Shown here in pieces: positions 48,001-53,926 of a stretch of DNA of 53,926 nt; position 1 is the stretch's first letter; each line of letters starts with the position of its first letter. The notes under the pieces were generated by a model that searched no databases, had not been told where the DNA came from, and was given only the letters and a program-made list of their open reading frames with translations. Source of the DNA: Klebsormidium nitens (Eukaryota; Plantae; Klebsormidiophyceae); the NCBI GenBank assembly GCA_000708835.1, contig DF237543.1:1-53926 (forward strand). The letters run 5' to 3'. The translations under genes and the position numbers were made by a program.

Positions 48001-49134
48001 TCCTCCGCACAGGCGGCCCCAGGCACGACATCGTCAACTGCCGGACACCGGGCGACCTCCATAAAGGATGTCGTCAGCGCCAGGTCGCCAGAAGGAGCCG
48101 CTGCGCAAGCTTTTGAAAAGCACAGCTGTAGAAGTGGTTTGAAAGCTCGCTATTGGGACGACGTCCCCTTAATCGGGGATGTAGCAAGGTTAGCAAGTGG
48201 AGAAGACGACTCCATTCCGGGCGGGGGTTTGCTGCCAACGAGAGCTCAGGAAGGGGATCCTCACTGGAGTAGCAACAGTGTTGCTTCTGAAACGTTGCCC
48301 GTAGAATCGACGGCGGACGGGTCTGAGGAAAGGATTGAACGGCTTGTCGACAGCCTGTGTGAATACTCTCTGGCGATAGGGGCAGCGGTCCCGAGCCGGG
48401 AGATGGCGCTGGCCGAGTTTGAGTGGCGGAACGGGTGGTTTTTGTCAAAGGTGAGCGGGCTTCATTTCAAGAATCTTTGAGGAGGTTCGCTGATTGGCGT
48501 CCAGGTCTGAAGGATGCTAGGCTGGTGCTGTTGAATCTGTTCTGATGGGAGCTCCGATTGATGGCCAAGTGCTTAAGGCTACAAGATTCACGAGGCGACG
48601 TTCTTGAAGCAAGGTCTTTGTCTGCAAATAAATCCATCAGCATGCTGCAGAAGTATTTTGGAAATTGAAACAAAGACCAGCTGATGGATCCATTTGCAGA
48701 CATTCTTCTGGACTCAGACGAATCCCCGCTTAAACGCGCGCAAGGGCTTGCTCGCAAAGATAGATTCGGAGCACGACTCGTCCTCAGATTATGCGCCTTC
48801 CTTCACGTGTGTCCAAGGGGACTCTGGTTGGAGGCACCTCATAACATGTCTACTTCCAAAAACGGGAACGTCCCTTGCAGCGGGGTTCAATCCCTGCCGG
48901 ACTCTTCTCATGTTGCTCTCTCGTGTAGCGTGGCATGAGTCTAAACAAGTTTGGAAATTTTCCTAAAGGTGCTTCTGTATGATTCGAAGACTGAACGTTC
49001 GGAAGCAATGAAAGAGCATCCTTCCAATTCCCAATGCCTTTTTGGCTGAAGTCTCGTCCTCTTTGCAGGAGACAAGCCCAACGCATCTTGCATGGCTTCA
49101 ACAAGCCGGAGTCGATACGAGAGCTGCATCGTAA
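45055..49134 (+). CDS. At1g16080-like uncharacterised Rossmann-fold protein (ketopantoate-reductase-like), probable transit peptide, ~440 aa
   Basis: Exons 45055-45275, 45735-45903, 46526-46674, 47222-47372, 47884-48450, 49069-49134; phases consistent. Motifs match At1g16080 as recalled: IIGEGRIGRAF, GPVLVATRNGDL, DLVFLQNGM..PW, EKLLW, LCEYS, EFEWRNGWF, P.H..WL. Confidence 0.82.
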
Positions 49135-50372
49135 AAGACATAAATAAAAAATTCTCGAATGCTTAAAGAGGGTCTCATGAGAGAAGTCCACCTTCAACGA
49201 TTGATCGAAGCCCGTACATAGCTTGGTTGTCCCACCCGGCCCCACCTAAAACATGCTTTTGGGTACTAAACGACCGCTTTCAATGTTGACGATTTCGCAG
49301 AGTTTGCCTGCGGACAGTGGCCGCGGACTGACCATGCATAAGTGCTTTGGGCTAAAGCCAGGACCGGTGCCTGTCCTATGCTGCGAAAACTAGCTGTCAG
49401 ATTGCCACGCTGATAGTGTTGCTGCCTGATTACTTGTAAGCCAGGGCGGCAGGCCGATTGATCATTAAGTACGTTGAACATGTTACGCTTGACTCAGACA
49501 TATCCGCAGCCAATATCAGCAGGCTAGTCAATGATGCGTGCAACGCCGGGTATACGATGCCAGTCATGCAGTCAAACTTGAACTTTATGCCGCATGTACC
49601 ATTGCATGAATCATGCACAAGACGCAACTCCGTGATTGCAGGCGCGCCGCCTGCCCGTGTCTGCACATGGCACATGCAGCCAGTATACATAGAGGCTATA
49701 CCATATGCAACCATCGCGATGGTGGCTACTTTTAATTGCATGCGCAAAGCTACTATTTAATTTTGCATACCGTCCGGCCTAACGTTCAGTAATCATCATT
49801 CGTGCGAGTATTAGTAGTAGCTCATCATTCATTCCCACGTGATCTCAGTCACTGCATCCCATGTATTATATACTAGATCAAACTGCAAGGCCCTGCCGCG
49901 CTTCAAGCAACGGGCTCAGTCGGATACATGTTATATAATTGGTCAATGATGCAACGGAAATGGTGCATGGAGCAATGATACATTTTAGTAAGGAAGCCCT
50001 ATAGCAGGTGGCGCACGCCACTACGTGCACGAACCGTTTTTGACACATGACTATATTTGATCGTGTTTGAACTTACCAACTCCGAAGCATGGGCGCGGCC
50101 AGTGCCGAGGCCTGGCATTTCAATGACAGTGAGGCCCTGTGTGGCTATGCCGCACATGCCACTCTGGTCAGCAGCTCAACAACTTTAATTTATAAGGCGG
50201 TCCATTGTACAGTTCCGCAGGCTCTTTACACATATTTTTACAACTCGCATTCCTCCGGCTGTCAGTTTTTCCAACAACAGATAACGAGCAAGAGACCATA
50301 TCTTGTAGATCTCACAGAACGCAGGCTGGTCCTCCTTCGCCTAAGCAAGACCAATCCTTTTCCGGGCAAGCT

Positions 50373-51892
50373 TCACTCTTTCTCAGGAGTGAACTTCAAG
50401 GAGACGCTGTTGACACAATGCCTCTCGTCTGTGGGCACATTGAATCTCTGCAGGCCAGAGCAATCTAATCATTTCAGAGGTGCGAAGCATGGGAACCAAG
50501 GGACCAGGATAAAGAAGTCAGATCATGCAAAGTGATCCCGGATCTATTTACCCAATCGATTGAAGCATGGGGTGTAGAACCTCAAATTTTGAGTCCGGGG
50601 TCAGCTCAGTGAAGCAACGAGCATTAAATCCGTCAGGTTCAGAACCTTCAAACGATACCCCAGCAAGAATCCTCCCCTCTGCATCCTCAGCCAGTCACAA
50701 GGGGAGGTGCGTGGACAAATTCTCAAACCGATAACTCTTAGGCCGACCCTTTTTGCAGAGTGAGTCGACTAGAGAGTCATCTGCTCCAATCTGTTGTCCC
50801 CGCAATCATGGCATGACCAATCAGGCTTGGGGAAAACAATCTGATCGTAAATTTACCTCGCCCTTGAACACGTGACCCAAGTGGCCGTTGCACCTGGCGC
50901 ACAGGATTTCAGTCCGGCTCCCATCCCGGTCCGTTTTCCGTACGATGGCACCAGGCACACCGTCAAAGAAAGCAGGCCAGCCACACCTGGCAGCAGTAGA
51001 ATGCAAATCGGTGAGACGGCCCGTTTATATGCCTTGGGAAGTTGGCATCACGAATCGGTCGGTCAATGGAAGACAACCTGTGCTATCTCCAGAATGCGGA
51101 CGTGCTTTGCAGGCTATCAAAGCGACACACTCTCTGGGGACAGAGCCAGAAGCTAATGAACTTTTCCAATTGTCCTTTGCTGACAGTCAATTGATATCTC
51201 CATGTTCCTAGCCAACTCCGGGCCGCTCAAAGAGCGGGCCTAAGAAAAGTTGAGCCGATTCTGTGACTTGATTCAAGAATCCCCTTCTCGACGCGATGGG
51301 CCTTTGATTGCCATACAGATAATCCTCTCAGACGCCTCCTTACCCTGAGTCAAACTTTGTGGTCGACTTGTACAGTGGCGCGTCACAGGCCGCACATAGA
51401 TAGACTCCATCTTCATGGTGCTTATTGTACTTCCCAGTTCCAGCCCTCTCCGTTCCCTTCTGACGAATCACCCGGAACTGCTCAGGGCTCAGGATCGCCC
51501 TCCATTCTTCTGCATTTAGGACAAGGTCAAAAGAATCAGCAGCAAACCCCCACACATTAGGCAAAGTCCTGATCTCTGCCTTGTTCTGGCTAGCTTCGCC
51601 TCTTGCTGCAAGACATTTTACAGAGGGTTTCCGACCGTAGCTGCCTCTTTGGATCAAACGGTCCCCCACTTCTCTCATAATGCTGGCTGATGTGCACTGA
51701 AAGAAACCACAAGTAGGCCAGACTCCAGAAGAGACATGTCGCAAAAGTGGAAGCTGACCAATTGAGATCCCTTCAAAACGCTGAGCCGCAATCTGATAGA
51801 CTCACATGTCGCAGTCTAGTAGGGGCAATCAGCAAAGCAGAGTGCGTGGGACGTTTAGTCTTACCTTCGCTCTTTTCGACAGGGGCTGCCAT
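50373..51892 (-). CDS. msrB: Peptide methionine-R-sulfoxide reductase B (zinc-binding, plant MsrB2-like), ~132 aa; an upstream exon is possible
   Basis: Exons 51892-51865, 51509-51344, 50986-50857, 50447-50373. [51 protein letters not shown] and catalytic RHCVNS are present. Confidence 0.95.
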
Positions 51893-52579
51893 CTGCTGAT
51901 GCGGCTGTCACGAAAGAAGACTGCTTCAACAGAGAGGCTCTTGAAGAAGGAGGGGCAAAATTTCCCGGATTGAATGGAATGCTGGAAAACAAGGGGCTGT
52001 AGTGCAATACCAAATGCTTGGAAGAAAGTGGCTTTATACTACCTGGTGATGCAGTGGTGGTTGTGATTCTGAATGCCTTCCCTAGCGCCCCTCAGAGTTG
52101 AAAGCTAGCTGTCCCATTGGCGCCTTCTTGGCAGGGACTCCCTGCTAGGTGCATTGCCATCATGTGCATTTCCTGTAGCGGAAAGTGCAGGCTGCCTGGC
52201 CGGAACCTCGAGAGGAAGCTTCGTCTTGTGCAAGTTCGACCCAGGGAAGGGTCCCGGGAAGGCTCCTGATAGCCGACCGGTCGTTGCTTTGGCCCAAGGA
52301 GAGCTGCCTTGTCCACCCCGGCGTAATCTACCCAAGCAGTGTACCGGTATATACTTCTCCGGCAGCAAGCCAAATGAAGTTCGGAGTTAAATTTGGACGA
52401 ATCACAGCGCGCCACGTCATACCAAAAGAGTGAAGGTGTCCGGAACGGTCGTACCAGGGGTCGAAACCTGAAGTGGGAGCCGGGTGCGGACCCAAGTGGT
52501 CCCAACCCGATCACCGGGCACTCGGAAGCTATGCCAGTGTACTCCTAAGTAGGTTACCTTCTCCTCCGAAAATTCAAGT

Positions 52580-52733
52580 ACAATATTGCAGCTTTTGCGG
52601 GTATGGCCTTACATACATATATATCGCCAAATTGATCCAAGAGGGAAAACTCTGTACTGCTAATCTGTTATATGCTCTTCTCCAAAAACTCAATTACACA
52701 ATTGCATCTTTTCTCAGGCATGGCCTTACATAG
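52580..52733 (+). repeat. ~117-bp tandem repeat running into the assembly gap
   Basis: GG[T/C]ATGGCCTTACATA at 52600 and 52717; same family as 53782-53926. Confidence 0.85.
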
Positions 52734-53132
52734 NNNNNNNNNNNNNNNNNNNNNNNNNNNNNNNNNNNNNNNNNNNNNNNNNNNNNNNNNNNNNNNNNNN
52801 NNNNNNNNNNNNNNNNNNNNNNNNNNNNNNNNNNNNNNNNNNNNNNNNNNNNNNNNNNNNNNNNNNNNNNNNNNNNNNNNNNNNNNNNNNNNNNNNNNNN
52901 NNNNNNNNNNNNNNNNNNNNNNNNNNNNNNNNNNNNNNNNNNNNNNNNNNNNNNNNNNNNNNNNNNNNNNNNNNNNNNNNNNNNNNNNNNNNNNNNNNNN
53001 NNNNNNNNNNNNNNNNNNNNNNNNNNNNNNNNNNNNNNNNNNNNNNNNNNNNNNNNNNNNNNNNNNNNNNNNNNNNNNNNNNNNNNNNNNNNNNNNNNNN
53101 NNNNNNNNNNNNNNNNNNNNNNNNNNNNNNNN
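52734..53132. other. Assembly gap (399 N)
   Basis: Run of N. Confidence 1.
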
Positions 53133-53214
53133 TTGATCTGACGGTGGCGACTTTGGGCGCATTTGGCAGAAATTGACTATATGATGCGTAAATGGCATTT
53201 TACCGGATTGTGCG

Positions 53215-53535
53215 GCACACTGCGGCCCAAGCCGGCCGCATCATCCGCAATGAAGTTGCACTGTGCGCGGCGTTTTGCGGTTCGGGTGGGTTCGGTGCGG
53301 TGCGGTGAGCCGCGGTGCCGACTAGTGCGAGCGGCGCCACGTGTGCAATGTGCACCAATCGGTGCGGTGCGGTGCAGTGCGATGCAGTGCGGTGCGGTGA
53401 GGTGCTGTGCGTACTGGCGCCACGTGTGCAGTGTGCAGCGATCGGTGCGATGCGGTGCGGTGCGGGGTGTTCTGCAAAGCGGTGCCACGTGTACATTGTG
53501 CACCTCCTGGTGCGATGCGGTCCGGTGCGGTGTGT
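53215..53535 (+). repeat. Degenerate (GTGCG)n simple repeat with interspersed CCACGTGT..A.TGTGCA units
   Basis: GGTGCGGTGCGGTG motifs recur; GCCACGTGT occurs three times. Confidence 0.85.
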
Positions 53536-53774
53536 ATCCAAGATTCGCCAGCCAAATATTGTCCGGTTTGGCAGGGTATAAGCCGCGACCAGGACGCGAG
53601 GATTACCTGTCCAACCCGTTTTTCCTGTCCTCCTGTCGACTTAAGCAATCAATCACAATGTTGAAACAAATATTCGGTGGTATGGATAGATATAAGCCGG
53701 GCCTTGGACACAATCATCTCGTGTCCGTCCTGTCCTCCTGTCGAACCAACCCATGAATTACTATTTTCCTGTAT

Positions 53775-53926
53775 ATTGCGAGGTATGGCCTTACATACAT
53801 ACATATTGGCAATTTGATCCCAGAGGGGAAACTCTATACTACTAATCTGTTATATTCTCTTCTCCAAAAAGTCGATTACAATATTGCATCTTTTTCAGGT
53901 ATGGCCTTACATACATACATATCGCT
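53775..53926 (+). repeat. ~116-bp tandem repeat, continuing beyond the window end
   Basis: GGTATGGCCTTACATACATACATAT at 53782 and 53898, highly similar to 52600-52733. Confidence 0.85.

Noticed and set aside
53163-53756. Overlapping Cys/Arg-rich or His/Thr/Ala-rich ORFs of 85-197 aa
   Set aside because: They are translations of the (GTGCG)n simple repeat in several frames and show no protein-like features.
52580-53926. Direct repeats considered as a CRISPR array
   Set aside because: Whole ~116-bp units are repeated with no unique spacers, the context is eukaryotic and there are no cas genes.

Overview
This is a eukaryotic, intron-rich (GT-AG) nuclear scaffold of moderate GC, most likely from a streptophyte green alga such as Klebsormidium; that assignment is inferred from gene content and intron style, not from a search. 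I hand-spliced seven protein genes, and exon phases are consistent throughout: an alpha/beta-fold epoxide hydrolase (+, 5' end unresolved), a NIF/FCP1-type HAD phosphatase (-), a TRPC4AP/TRUSS-like CUL4-DDB1 adaptor (-), a mitochondrial ADP/ATP carrier (+), an RlmD/TRM2-family m5U RNA methyltransferase (-), an At1g16080-like Rossmann-fold protein (+) and MsrB (-). The window also has tRNA-Ser(CGA), an ~890-bp TIR-bounded non-autonomous DNA transposon, a (GTGCG)n tract, a ~116-bp tandem repeat and a 399-N gap. No CRISPR array or prokaryotic system is present. The most striking unexplained structure is a set of 'splice-junction echoes'. In 9 of about 40 introns, across 4 genes, degenerate tandem copies of the adjacent exon/intron junction (splice site plus exon edge) sit on the intron side, up to about 5 deep. 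Their period is usually 150-190 bp and many keep an intact AG or GT. Similarity calls are from recalled motifs and sequences, not from database searches.
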